From positions 20,708,001-20,772,000 of the forward strand of contig NC_043009.1 of NCBI RefSeq assembly GCF_006345805.1: 64,000 bases of DNA, given 5' to 3'. Position numbers and translations under genes: made by a program. Every line of letters begins with the position of its first letter. Position 1 is the first letter of the stretch. Shown piece by piece: positions 1 to 12,388 of this stretch. This DNA is from Octopus sinensis. Lineage: Eukaryota. The notes beneath the pieces were generated by a model. The model did no database searches, was not told the DNA's origin, and saw nothing but the letters and a program-made list of their open reading frames with translations.

Positions 1-230
1 TGTCCAGAAATTGCTGTTTGCATTGTTGGAATGCTGTAGAAAGTTCAAATATTGGAAAGCATTGACCATATAATTCTGGCCTTAAAACTTTGGATTATCA
101 CATGTTTGCTGTTCCTTTCAAAGAAGGCTTAAGAATCCTTCACTTTTGCCATGAATGAAGGAAGCAATGTCTACCATAATTTATCTCAGCTGAAAACATT
201 TTATTTAAAAGCAAAAAGACATGGAGTAAT
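1..230 (+). mobile_element. Degenerate mariner transposase 3' fragment
   Basis: Reads H*PYNSGLKTLDYHMFAVPFKEGLR, resembling mariner HPPYSPDLAPSDYHLF.PLKE.LRG. Confidence 0.45.
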
Positions 231-427
231 TAAAAAGCAGAGTGGTCGTGGTTAACAATATAGCAACAACTTGACAGAGACAGGTGAGGCAACAACAAAC
301 AGGATATATTAGCTTGACACTTGGGAAAAACAGAAGTCTTTGATGTTTTGAGCCTATGCTCTTCTACAGAAAGGAATGAGGAGAGAAAAGAGATGGTAAC
401 GGAAGGTAAAAGAGAAAAATAATCTGT

Positions 428-510
428 TAATCCATCCATCCATCCATCCATTTATCTATAGATAGATAGATAGAGATGGCTGGATGGATATGCCTCCATC
501 CATCCATTCC
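428..510. repeat. (TCCA)n/(GATA)n/(GGAT)n simple-repeat cluster
   Basis: Seen directly. Confidence 0.85.
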
Positions 511-714
511 TTTACTTATCTTCTATTCATACCACTCTCCATTAGGTGTCTCCTAGAAGTGAAATCTCAGCCAACCTGAGATGATGGAATCCAGTCTTTT
601 ACATTAACTCAACAAACAATTTTCAACATTGCATTGAAGAGTTTAAATTTTGTGCCTTAATGGGGCTTTGGAAGAATATCTTTACAAATACCAACAGAAA
701 GTTTTGCATAAGTA

Positions 715-1720
715 CAAGGTGGATTCCAGAAGTTTTGGGACTTTTTCAGGAGACTCGTTTATAATTTCATAGAAATATAAAAATCTAATCTTGTTCAAAG
801 TAGGTGATTACAGTTTTGAAATATAAAATGTTTGATCCTCTGACTTCAGTGCACTTGTAGCACTCCAGCCGCTTTGTGATGGCCCCATGGAAAGTGAAGG
901 TGTCCAGAAATCTTGTCACACACAGCCTCCTTCATTTTTCTTCCTCAGCTTAAATCCTTAAATCCTTAAAAATGTTTTAGCCCAAAGGCCGCGGTCATGC
1001 TGGGGCATGAACAATCAAAAGTTCCAGGGAGCAAAGTCTAGACTGCAGGGAGGGTGATGGCCGGTTTTGATGTCCATCTCTGTCACGCAGCTGACTATCA
1101 GGATGTCCTGGTGCAAATGCTGAAATCTCAGTCTCTTCTTGAAGTCCCTCAAAACCTCTACAAAGTATTCTTTGCTGACCATCTGGCCAGAGGGAATCCA
1201 GTGGATGCCCTTGCTGTTGAAATAGGGGATTGTCATTTCCTAATGGACTTACATTGCCTGGCCTTCTTGGGTCTGGGGTAGCCAGGATACTTCTATTGGG
1301 CACCAATGTGTCTTTTCTTCTATTTGCCAATGAGTATCCGAGGAACAAATTTTGCACACATTCAGACCTTCATAAATAATTCTGTGTACAGTTGCTGCCA
1401 CACCAATTCCAAACTGTGTGTATATTGTCTTTGTAGACAGACAATGATCTTCATCAACAAAATTGTGAATTTTGTCAACCAGCTCTGATGTTCTAACCTC
1501 TCTCTCTCCCCACAAACCTCTCATCATTTTCACCTCCTTTTTATTGTCCCCGAATCTCTTGTGCTGGGACCATGCAAGTTAATCCATGACCAGTCTGGAG
1601 CATTTCATAAGTTTCTTTGTCATTTTTGCCCAGTTAAACACAAAACTTTATTCCAAATTGTCTTCATGTCCCAATTGCTTTCTACAAACTAATCAGCTGC
1701 AATGTTTAGTGGTGCATGTT
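715..1720 (-). mobile_element. Decayed mariner (DD34D-type) DNA transposon
   Basis: Frameshifted ORFs with HHPPCSLDFAPWNF (HPPYSPDLAP.DF), IHWIPSGQMVSKEYFVEVL and an HTH-region VDEDHCLSTKTI..VHRII; right boundary approximate. Confidence 0.8.
950..1007 (-). mobile_element. 58-bp 3' stub of the CR1-like LINE family seen at 38316-42192, with (TTTAAGGA)n tail
   Basis: 43 of 49 nt identical to 42144-42192 (six transitions). Confidence 0.8.
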
Positions 1721-2192
1721 CACAATGTTATTACAGTTGTCTCCTTCAATCTGGAATAAAAAGTGGCAAGTCAGCTTATTAGATGTGTAGTAATGATAGA
1801 CTAAACATTGCAATAATCTAAGACAGCTAGAGTTGCCTCCCCTAAAAAGAAAAAAAGTCTCAAAGCTTCTGAAATGCATGTTGTATGTTGGTTTTACACT
1901 TGGGAATGGCATTGATAGCAAGATGGGTAGAAAGAGAGAGAGAGAGGAGAGTGAGTTGTGAACACTGCATGTTTGGTCATTCTGAAGGATATTTGCTGTG
2001 ATTAATGACAAAGAAACTGCATAAAACCCATCAAGACATAACAACTGGTGTTTCTTGTTTTATTACTTTCAAAGTCCTTTTCTTCTTATTATTACTTAAA
2101 CTTAGCAATAGGATTCGTCATGTTTTGAAAGTCTTTTCACGATTGATGATATTTCGTTGGTTTTAATAGGTTGGTGCCTGTTTATTTCCTGA

Positions 2193-2354
2193 ATCATCAT
2201 CATCATAGGTTCATTGGCCATGCTGGTATGGGTTGGACGGTTTGACCAGTGCCGGTAAGCTGAGGGGCTGCACTAGACTCCTGTCTCTATGGCTGGATGC
2301 CCTTCCTAATGTCAACCATTCCAAGAGTATAATGGTTGCTCTGTATGTGCCACC
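2193..2354 (-). mobile_element. SINE or RTE 3'-end-derived repeat with (GAT)n tail
   Basis: Shares GGATGCCCTTCCTAA and GGGTTGGACGGTTTGAC motifs with the RTE 3' end at 15340-15476. Confidence 0.7.
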
Positions 2355-3342
2355 AGTTGCGTGACCCCAGTGTCTGTCACGACTACAGTTTCGCTTGGCT
2401 TGATAGGTCTTCTACTTAAGCATGGCACAAGATAATCCTTGTTGATCTAACATGACAATATAAACAAGATTTTACTTTCCAGTTTGTTGGTTTGTTATTT
2501 TCTAAATTTTATTATCCCTGACTCCAATCAATATTATCTCCAGCTTTGGCAATTATAGCTAGATACACTCTATCTAGCTTCTAGTCACAGTTTGGGAACA
2601 AAATTTCATATTCCAGGAATTTTTCTTTGGCAATTTTTCAGCTGCTTAGATGTCACTTGCATCAGACATTAGCACAATTAGTAGCTTCTCCTGGGACTTA
2701 CCCTAGACCAAAGACAACTAGTGGTCTGTCATATCACAGGTTGTTCATCTTTGCCAGTCAAGTTGCTATATATGTTTTATTGCATTCATACTTTAGAATA
2801 AACCTCTTTTTAATAATTATTCCCCACCACCACTACCACGATCTTATGCTTAACAAGAGTTACTTGTTGACTATTCATATGGAACAAAAATGTTTCATTC
2901 AGAATGATTCTTCCTTGAGTGATATCTTCTTTAGTCTTTATAACTCTAACTAATCATGTTATATCATTTATATCCACAACTAATCTCAATCTTGTCATTT
3001 CATAACATTTGCACTAAATCTCTAGTATCCTCATCTCGTGTTATTTTTTGTTGTTGATATCATTGTCACAATTTGTCTTGTTAGCTTCATTAGCATTCTG
3101 GCTCCAGAGTTTTTATTTATCTATCACTGAATGGTCTCTTGAATTCCTAGTAGATTGACTAAGTATGTGATCGTTATCACATTGATGAGCAATTAATTAA
3201 GTGCACACCACTACACCTCCATTTCTAAGTGGCATCATATTTATAAAAGTGATGATATTTATAATGAAATTGTCGTGTCTGCTCGAGCTACTGAGCAACA
3301 GTGTATTTGATATTTAATCCTTCTATGTTTCCATTATTTCAG

Positions 3343-3451
3343 TTGTGAGAAAGCATATAACCTAAGAACAGAATTAATATCATCAGCAGCAACAATCCCA
3401 AGGTTTTGTAGAATGTCCTTATTTATTGCAGAACTTTTCTTGTTACTGGAG
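3343..3451 (+). CDS. PAIP1: PAIP1 exon (CEKAYNLRTELISSAATIPRFCRMSLFIAELFLLLE)
   Basis: ccattatttcAG acceptor, GAG|GTATGA donor, 109 nt, phase 2 in, phase 0 out. Confidence 0.8.
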
Positions 3452-3665
3452 GTATGACTTACAACATTTCAAATAAAATTATTTTTAAATGGCATTAAAT
3501 GTTAATAAATAGCATTTTAGATATTAAATTTAGAAGAATATAATTGCCTTATGCTTTAGTATATAATATTTGAAATAATTTCTGATTTAGTTGTACAAAA
3601 CATTGTGAAAAATATTAGCCTTTGCAATTTTTGTGTTTGATATTGCCCAAATTATATCCTTGTTT

Positions 3666-3720
<55 letters not shown>

Positions 3721-6700
3721 CACACATATATATATATATAACAGAAAAACCCAGTACACACTGTCGAGTAGTGTGTGTTAAGAATGTCTGACTGTAGAAA
3801 CGATGCCAAAGCAGACATTGAAGCACAATGCAGTCCTTGGACAGACCGGATCCTTGTCAAACTGTCCAACCCTGGTCAGTATGAAACATGGACATTAAAT
3901 GATGATGATCAGTGCCTACTTTGATATGGTTTCTACAGCTGGATGCCCTTCCTAATACCAACCACTTTAAAGAGTGTTCTGGGGGTACTTTTTGTGTGGC
4001 ACCAAAACAAGTGAGGTCCCTATGTAACTTGCAGCGCTTTAAAATGGTTCCCTTGACTTAGTGCAAGTATTGTAAAGAGGGAGCCATTTTTCTGATCAAT
4101 GTTAGGAGAACAGGTTTGTTGATGAAGAGGAAATACATAGCTATCCTGCACTATATATATAAAAAGAAAGAGAAATGTTTTCTAGTTATATTTGAATATA
4201 ATTTTGTATCTGATGTTTTCTATTAATTTTTTTAGCTTGAGACTGATGGTGTGAAGGAAAAACTAAACGTATTGAGAAATGCCATCTATTCTTTATTGGA
4301 ACTTCTTCTGAAACATAGCGGTGATGAAACCGTGAAGTGTGCGGCACACTTGATGAAGGTAAACAAACTTAATTCACTGTTCTAACTTCTGTAGATTCTC
4401 CTCCACTCTTTCTGCTTTACAGGCATCAGCAAACATGGACTGTTATGCCAAAGTCTTAAGATTTATGGTTTTCCTTGGCCACAGCAGTTGTTTCCCATTG
4501 CCCTCTGCTAGTCTCTAGCTCTCGTCAGCTCACCCTTGAGGCACAGGGCCTCATTAATCCTTAGGCAGAGAGATTAGCTTTCATGACATTAGGGCATGTC
4601 CCTACATCAGTGGGTCTGTGGGACCATCTTCTGCTATTTAACTCCTAACTGGGGCCATTGATGGAGGCTACAATTCCGGGCCAGGCTGGAGCTGAGAATA
4701 ATGGAAACAATTAATTCCACGAAACTCCTGAAGGTGTTGCCTTAACCCTTTCGATACCAAACCGCCCAAAGCCACCCGAAAAAAATTTTGGTTAATGTGA
4801 CCAAACCGCCCAAACCCGCCCAAATTTACCTATTCATATTTAAATGAGAATATCAGAGCAAATCTCTTCAGTACATTCGTGAAAACACGTATTATATTTC
4901 GTAAACAGTTCAACTACAGTTTTGTACAACAATCGAAGTGTAATTTTAATTCCGTGAATTTTGGGAGATTTTTTTCCGAAATTTGTTCCTATTGTGTTTT
5001 CAAGATTTGTAATTCTGACAAAAAATGGATACGAATTTCATTATATCAAGCAGCGAGTCAGAATTCGAAGGATTTTCTACTGAAGACCTTCATAAATCTA
5101 ACTCTATGACTGAAAAAAAAAAGCATGTGGTATTTGATAATGAATCTGATGTTTCATTTTCCGAAAGTGAAAACAGTGAATCCGAGAGCTCCAACAGCGA
5201 TAAAGAAAATGAATTGGCACCTGAATGGAGTGAAAATTTAAAAACTGTTTCTTTCGGTGATTTTTCTGAAGAAACTGGACTAAGCCACAGACTTTCCCAG
5301 AAGAGTAAAGCCATAGACTATTTCTTTTTACTTTTTCGAATGAGCCTATTTGAAATCATTACGGCGGAAACGAACCGTTACGCTAAACGTAAACAAAGCG
5401 AAAGAAAGGATAGTTAGTGGTTTCCAACCAAACCTTAAATGAAATTAAGACTATTTTGCCATAAATATTATGGGTATCAGAAAGCTACCCAGAATAACAA
5501 ATTCTATCGTAAAATTTTGTTGTATACCCAATTGAATATTAGCCCATTTTCTATAGCGATGTTTGAACAAAATTTTAATAATTTTATATTTTGTTGAATT
5601 TACCTGTATCTACCTGCAATTAGAGTCACTTTGTGACAAAAATTATAGTTTAGAATTGGTTGAGAACATTTCATTAAATTATCTTCCAAAATTCACGTTA
5701 ATATATTGATAAATAAAAAAGTTATTGTTGTTTAATGAAACCAGACTAAATTTATGATTACGTTAGAAATTAATTGAAACACATAAGGGGTGTATTTTGG
5801 TCAGAAATATAGTAACGAAAGGGTTAAGTGTTCTCTACGTTGCCGTGTGTTTTGTTGTAGTAAGTTGCTTTTTGAATGGGTCTCCTCTCAAATTCAATAT
5901 TTCAAACTGAATGAAAGAACGCACTAAATTAGCAGCAATTAATTTGTGCTTCATCAGAATTACTTTGGAATCAATCCATAGATCTGCTGCACTGGTTCAT
6001 ACACTTATGATTCCTTCACTGTACAATATTTGATGTATGCTGTTGTTTAGCCCCAGGTCAGCCCTCATCCAGCAGACTTATGATCAATAGCAATTTTTTC
6101 AGAAACACTCTGGCTATGTCTATACTGTCCTGTGTGTCTTTTGAAAGGTAGGATTTGAAGGAGATATAGCTGCTGTTTCTTGTAAATTGAGTCATCTGAC
6201 CCATGCAGCATGGAAAAAGGGATGATGATGATGATATATGAAAGAAATCTAAGACAAATTTGAGTTTTAGAGACAATCCATTGCTCATTTTGCTATCAGA
6301 AATAATAAATAAGGCAGTGTGATAAATAGACAGTAAACTTGTAATTAATCTTTCAGTAGCTGACACCTAGAGGTAGCTCTATTGTTCATCAAATGTCATC
6401 TAAAACTTAAAAAAATTCAAAATATACTGGACTTCCAAGCATTTTATTCAAAAAATATTTGTCTTTATCAATTTTAAGAATTTGTTTTATATCGTGTTGA
6501 AAATAACATCAGGAATCATCGTCATCATGTGTTTATATATTCATGCACGCACACATGAATGTATTGTAATATTGATCTGACAACATTACTTACTGATTGA
6601 TTGTTTATTGATTTCCAATGTGATGAAATTGAATTATTGCAGTTGGCAGGTGCAGCTTTGGAGGATTCAGAACATCCAAATAACCAATCCCTCGATAAAA

Positions 6701-9700
6701 TATATCTTAGTTTTGAAGAGCTTAAAGGTTCACCAAAATTAAATAAGTAAGTATTTTTGAAAGCTTTCTGTCTCATCCCTATTGGTGTGTGCATGTGTGC
6801 TTTATACAGTTAGTCTTTAATTATATTTCAGATGGTTGAAGGAATACAAAAAAAAAAAAAAACCCTTTCTATTGGGTTCGTCTGGCTCTTGTTATCCTAA
6901 TTCTTTTAACTTAAAGAAACCAAAAGTTGAATTGGAGGAAAAGCATTCCTGTTGCTTTGTGGTTTATAAATCTGTCTTTGATACACATCATGTTTCTGAG
7001 CAAGATGAATTAACTGTTGTGAGGAAATTGTATCACATATGTGAGGTCTTTATCAGTTGAATGTATTATTACTCATATAAGTGTTATTTGGTGACCAATA
7101 ACAATAATAACAATCAGTTTGTGATATTTCTTCAGATATCCTGCAATTATCACATATTAGTAAGATAACTTGTGTCACAGGATAGTTCAAATGTCTCTTT
7201 GGTATAAACCTGTTAACCAGCAGTCATTTGAGATTCTTAATATACATCTCTTTCACCATTCCTTCCTCACACACTCTGCCTTTGTTCCTGTTCTTACTGT
7301 GTTTATTAAAGCACTGCACCCCCACCCCACCATGCTCAGGGAGTCCAGGATAGCTGCTCTCCTGCCTTACTATTCACCTGGCCAGTTGCCCAGACCACCC
7401 CAAGCATGGAACTATTTATACCTGGACACTTGAACAGGATTCCAGCTACACCCTGCCAGTTTTTGGACAATGTTCTGTCATTGTTTGATAAAACAATAAT
7501 TATAATAATATTGTATACAGTTCTCGGGTGCACTACAGTATGATAACATTTAAAATATATATATATTGTTGTACTTGGGGATGGTCAGTTTTCGTTTATG
7601 CTAATTAAACACACACACACTTTTTATTTGATTTCTGCTTTCGCCTTTATTTGTATTGATGTTTGTTAAAGTTCTTTTTGTCACACATTCTGTGACCTCA
7701 TCAGTATCCCATGTGTCCCCTCTTGTCATACTTATTATTCCATGAGGAGACATACGGGACAGTCACTGAATGTGTGACGAAAACTTTGACAGATGCCAAT
7801 ATGAATAAAAGCTAAAGTGAAAATCAAATAAATGGTGCCTGTCTTTAATTGGCAAAAACAAAGTGACTTCCCCAAATATAGCAATATCTATTTCAACACA
7901 CGTTTTCACATCAGGAATCTTGCATGCAAATACATAAACGTGTGTGTGCATACACACACACACACACACACATGTATATATATATTAGAGGTGAGACATC
8001 AATATCATGACAAATTGTAACTAATCTTTCTGCTTTATCTTTAAAGGACGTCTGAAATACTTATTGATTCCGTGTTGAAATTAAAAGAAGTACATTTTGG
8101 TCGTAATGAAAGTGCTCAAAGTAAGGTTTCCAGCTCCTCATCAACAGATGCTGATAATACAGTATCTCCTCTGAATCCTGATTCTGAAGCTGCTTCTAAT
8201 GCAGTCTTTATTACGGTATGTATTAACTGGTTGAGACCTGTTTGTATTTATTTCCACTGTTTAACCAGTTTTTCTCAAGGAATTACTTTATTCAATTCTA
8301 AATGAATTTGCCCTAACCAACCTCAGTAATACAGCTGAGAGTGGCTTGCAAATTATCAGTTCTTGTTATGTTGAGTTGACATCTTTCTGTAGCAGAATTT
8401 GCTTCTTACATCCTAGAGTGAAGAGCAAGAGATTTCATGAAATAAATACTCCTGCATTCCGCTCAATGTGTTGCTTTTAAGCTTATGAATCCTTACTGTT
8501 GTTCTTTATGTGCTTCTTGGCATTTCACAATGGAGACTCAAATTGCTAGGATTGCTCAGAGCTAAAAAAATTCCAGAGTTGCTTCACTAAGAAGACGGTG
8601 TTGATGGTACCAGTCCCGACACAATACTTAACTCTCACTCATCTAAGTTAATTTTCTTTCAAACACAAAATGTTGAAAATGATGACACCAAGTCCTTTGT
8701 GAGCCACTCTCCGGCTGTCTATCTGCGGCTTTATATAGCTATGGTGCGACCTCACCTGGAATTTGCATCACCGGTCTGGAACCCCTATCTTGCCAGAATA
8801 TTAATCATCTGGAAGCTGTTCAGTGATGTGCAACCAAGAGAATACCCTCCATCAGGCATTTGCCATATTCTGAACGCCTTACTTCCCTGGGCATGGATAC
8901 ATTGAAACTCCGACGTCTGGCAGCTGACTTGGCAGACACCCATAAAATTATTAACCATCTTACAAACAATAACTCTGAGCACTTTTTCAAACCCCACCTG
9001 TCTAACACCTGTGGACATGTTTACAAAGTCAGAAAACAGCACAGCTCCCATGACTTTAGGAAACATTTTTTCACGCTAAGATTTGCTGAAGCATGGAACA
9101 AACTGCCGGCATCACTTGTTAGTTGTCGGAGCACTGCAGCCTTCAAAACTTTCATGCTTCCTGAGATTCGCCAACACTACACCTGATTTTCTCCCCTCCA
9201 TACACATGCAAGCATGTATCCGACTCATACTCTGTTCGCTTTCCAGACATTTGTACATTACTACATATGCTTTATATGCACTTTTGACAAGTTGTGGTGC
9301 ACCTGAGCACTGTATACAATAATTTCATTGTCATTATTATGAGAAAGTTTTTTAAAAAATTAGGTTTGAAATTTTGTTATTAAGCTAATTCGAAATATTT
9401 CTGAAATCTTTAAAACTTATCTTCTAATATAATGAGTGTAGCATTTTTATATATTTGTGTGTGTGTGTATGTATGTATGTATGTATGTGTATATATATGT
9501 GTGTGTGTCCCCAAAATCACGCAGTAGGAGGGAGTGGGAGAAAGAGTAGTATAAGTGAAAGGAGAGGCAAGAAAATAGTTATTCAGTGAAAGAAAACTTG
9601 TGAGAGAAAGTAATAGCAATGAGAGAGAGGGGAGAAAGTGGTAAAGGGAGCGTCATCATGCTCACCATACACGCACGCACACACATACATACATACGTAT

Positions 9701-12319
9701 GTGTATATATATATATATTGTAAAGAAGGAAATATAGTAAAGTTAACAATTAAATATGGGATCTTTTCCTTTTGAACAGCACTTCAAAGGGTATCTTTTT
9801 TCGTCACAAATGTAAATAAACCCAATCTGTTTCTTAAAGGAGGGACATATTCATTATGCACAGATTGTTATTTACGTCAATGGAGGTAATTGATTGGTTA
9901 GAATTGCCGAAATGCAAGAAATTTTAGACGAAATATCTTACAAACAATAGAATTTTCTCAATAAAGCCAAGAGAAAATGATGTTTTATAAACACATTCTC
10001 CCAGTATACGAAGTTTAAAACTCTTTAGTTACCTAGAAATTATGTTACAAAGTGTCTTTCAAAAGGAAAAGATCCTAAATATGTATTCTTTGTTCCATCA
10101 TAAGACCTTGGGAAAGGTTTTTCTTGAAATAAATATTAACAGGGTTATCATTGAAAAGAAAAGTTAGAAACTGTTGATACTATCATGTCTGGCACATCAT
10201 GCTGGATTATATTTGCCTGCGGAGGCTTCCCTGTAAAACACGGTTGGAGGACATTTTACGAATATCGATTGCTCTAATATTTCGGTTCCATGAATCCAAA
10301 GAGAGGTTTACTCAATGGGACCCAGATCTTGGTGCTGTCCATCAAGGATTTTTTCATTCGTGGAAAAATACTTAGGAGAAGTAAGAAAGGAAAGGAGGCC
10401 TTTATTCCGTGCATCAACCTCTGTCCCAGTGAGACAACCCTTCCTTTTGTACGAGTAGACGACAGTTTCCTGTTCATCCCAGCATTTACAATGGCTACAA
10501 ACAAATCACAAGGGCAGAGCTTCGATAATGTTGGCATCATCCTTCCATCACCAGTATTCAGCCATGGAAATATTTATGTTGCATTGAGTAGTAGAAGTAG
10601 AAGCAGTAATAATATTAAAACTTTGTTAAGGGACCATCCAAAATAAGGTATGGTGTTGAAGCAATTACTAAGATAAAGGTTGTAATCTTTTAATTTTATT
10701 TTCCCTATCATTTTCATGTCGTCATTTTTGAAAGGTAACATGTTAATGGAAGGAAGGGGAAAAGTTAACAAGAATTGAGCGGAGGGGAAGAGGTGACGAC
10801 AGGGAAACACAGGCACCTTACACACACACACACGTATATAATGTGTAATATATCATCATCATCGTCGTCGTCGTTTAACGTCCGCTTTCCATGTGTTGGA
10901 CGGTTTGACTGAAGACAGGCAAACCAGAAGGCTGCATCAGGCTCCAATCTGGTCTGGCAAGGTTTCTACAGCTGGATGCCCTTCCTAACGCCAACCACTC
11001 CGTATATATATATATATATATTGTCCGAATTTTATAGTATTAAATATTCATCACGACTGGTCTTGCCAATCGGTATCAAAATACAAAGGAGTGTTAAGTA
11101 ACAATCCAATTATAAGTGGCCAACATGGAAAGGAATCTGGTGGCTGCTCTCCACTGCCGGAAGTGGATTAGAACAACCGGTCGACGTCTGCTGTAAAAAG
11201 GTGGCAAAATGTAAAAATGGTCCGGGGGATTTGGCTAGGAGTTATGTCCCTTGTTTAGGTATGTTGGAAAATCGGCAACAGTTATCTTAAAAGAGTGGGG
11301 GGGGGGTTGTATTAATAATGTGTATTAATATGTATTAATATTTGATAAACGAAACGGAAGATGGATTTGGTATGAATGTTTATTCAGCACGACGATCATT
11401 TTGACACATCCTGCATCTGTCCCATAGGAGGTTGTGCATTTGATTGTGTTACATCAATCAGTGCAGGCTGTGTCATTTCAGGTGCTTGGTGTAGGAAACA
11501 AATATATCCCACTAAGTATACGGAGATTTCTTTGGCTAGTTGTACTCTTGTACTCTGACAGTGTTACCGACAGATGGGGGTTAGCTATGAATGCATGACG
11601 TTAATTTAGATCATAAATGATAGAGAGGATTGGTGAGGCGGGGACAAGAATCTGCATCTCTACATATAGCAGAGAGTTTGGCCAAAGCAGGGCCAAGCCA
11701 AGTGGTTTGTTGCTTTACTGGAGAAACGGTTGAGTTCCATGAAATGGCAGAGTGGAGGTGAAAGACTTGCTTGAAGGGGATGGTGACAGTGAACATCACT
11801 GAGATATAGGGTCACTCAGAGCATCCAAAACGTAAGGAAAGGTATTAAGAGAATTAAGGGCAGCGTAGCAAGAAAGAGCAATGTGGATTTATTAAAATAG
11901 GTAGAGAGGAGTCCCAAGCCTGACCAGAATCGTTGTGTTTATGCAGCTTAGACCAAGAGAGGGACAGAATGTGTTAATGGTCAGTGAGAGGCAATGGAGA
12001 GGAATTCATTTACTAGATTTTAATTCCTTTCTTTTACAGAATGAACCAATTTTTTTCAACAAAAAAGGTCAGCAGATCAGCCGACAAGAAGCAGGTGTTG
12101 ATGCTGAAGCTGATATGAGCCAACTTTTAGCTGAAGTTGATTTAGAGGACATGCAAGACTTACAAATGTAAGTTCCTTTTTTTTTTCCCTAATGCTCTAT
12201 TTATTGTGACTTTTATGTATTTGCTTTGCAAGATTTTTGATGTGAGATTGTGTTGAAACAGATGTTGTTCTATTTCAGGATGGTCTTTTCTCTTTTTCTT
12301 GCCAAATAAACACAAACAC

Positions 12320-12388
<69 letters not shown>

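Noticed and set aside
240-420. Possible Penelope-like terminal fragment
   Set aside because: Only a vague resemblance (gatgttttgagc..ctcttc..aga); no GIY-YIG or RT sequence nearby.
2617-2739. Possible upstream PAIP1 exon (NFSLAIFQLLRCHLH..SYH)
   Set aside because: Phase fits but the donor (CAG|GTTGTT) is weak and the peptide does not match the expected PAIP1 segment (NFSYMGARLCNYL..).
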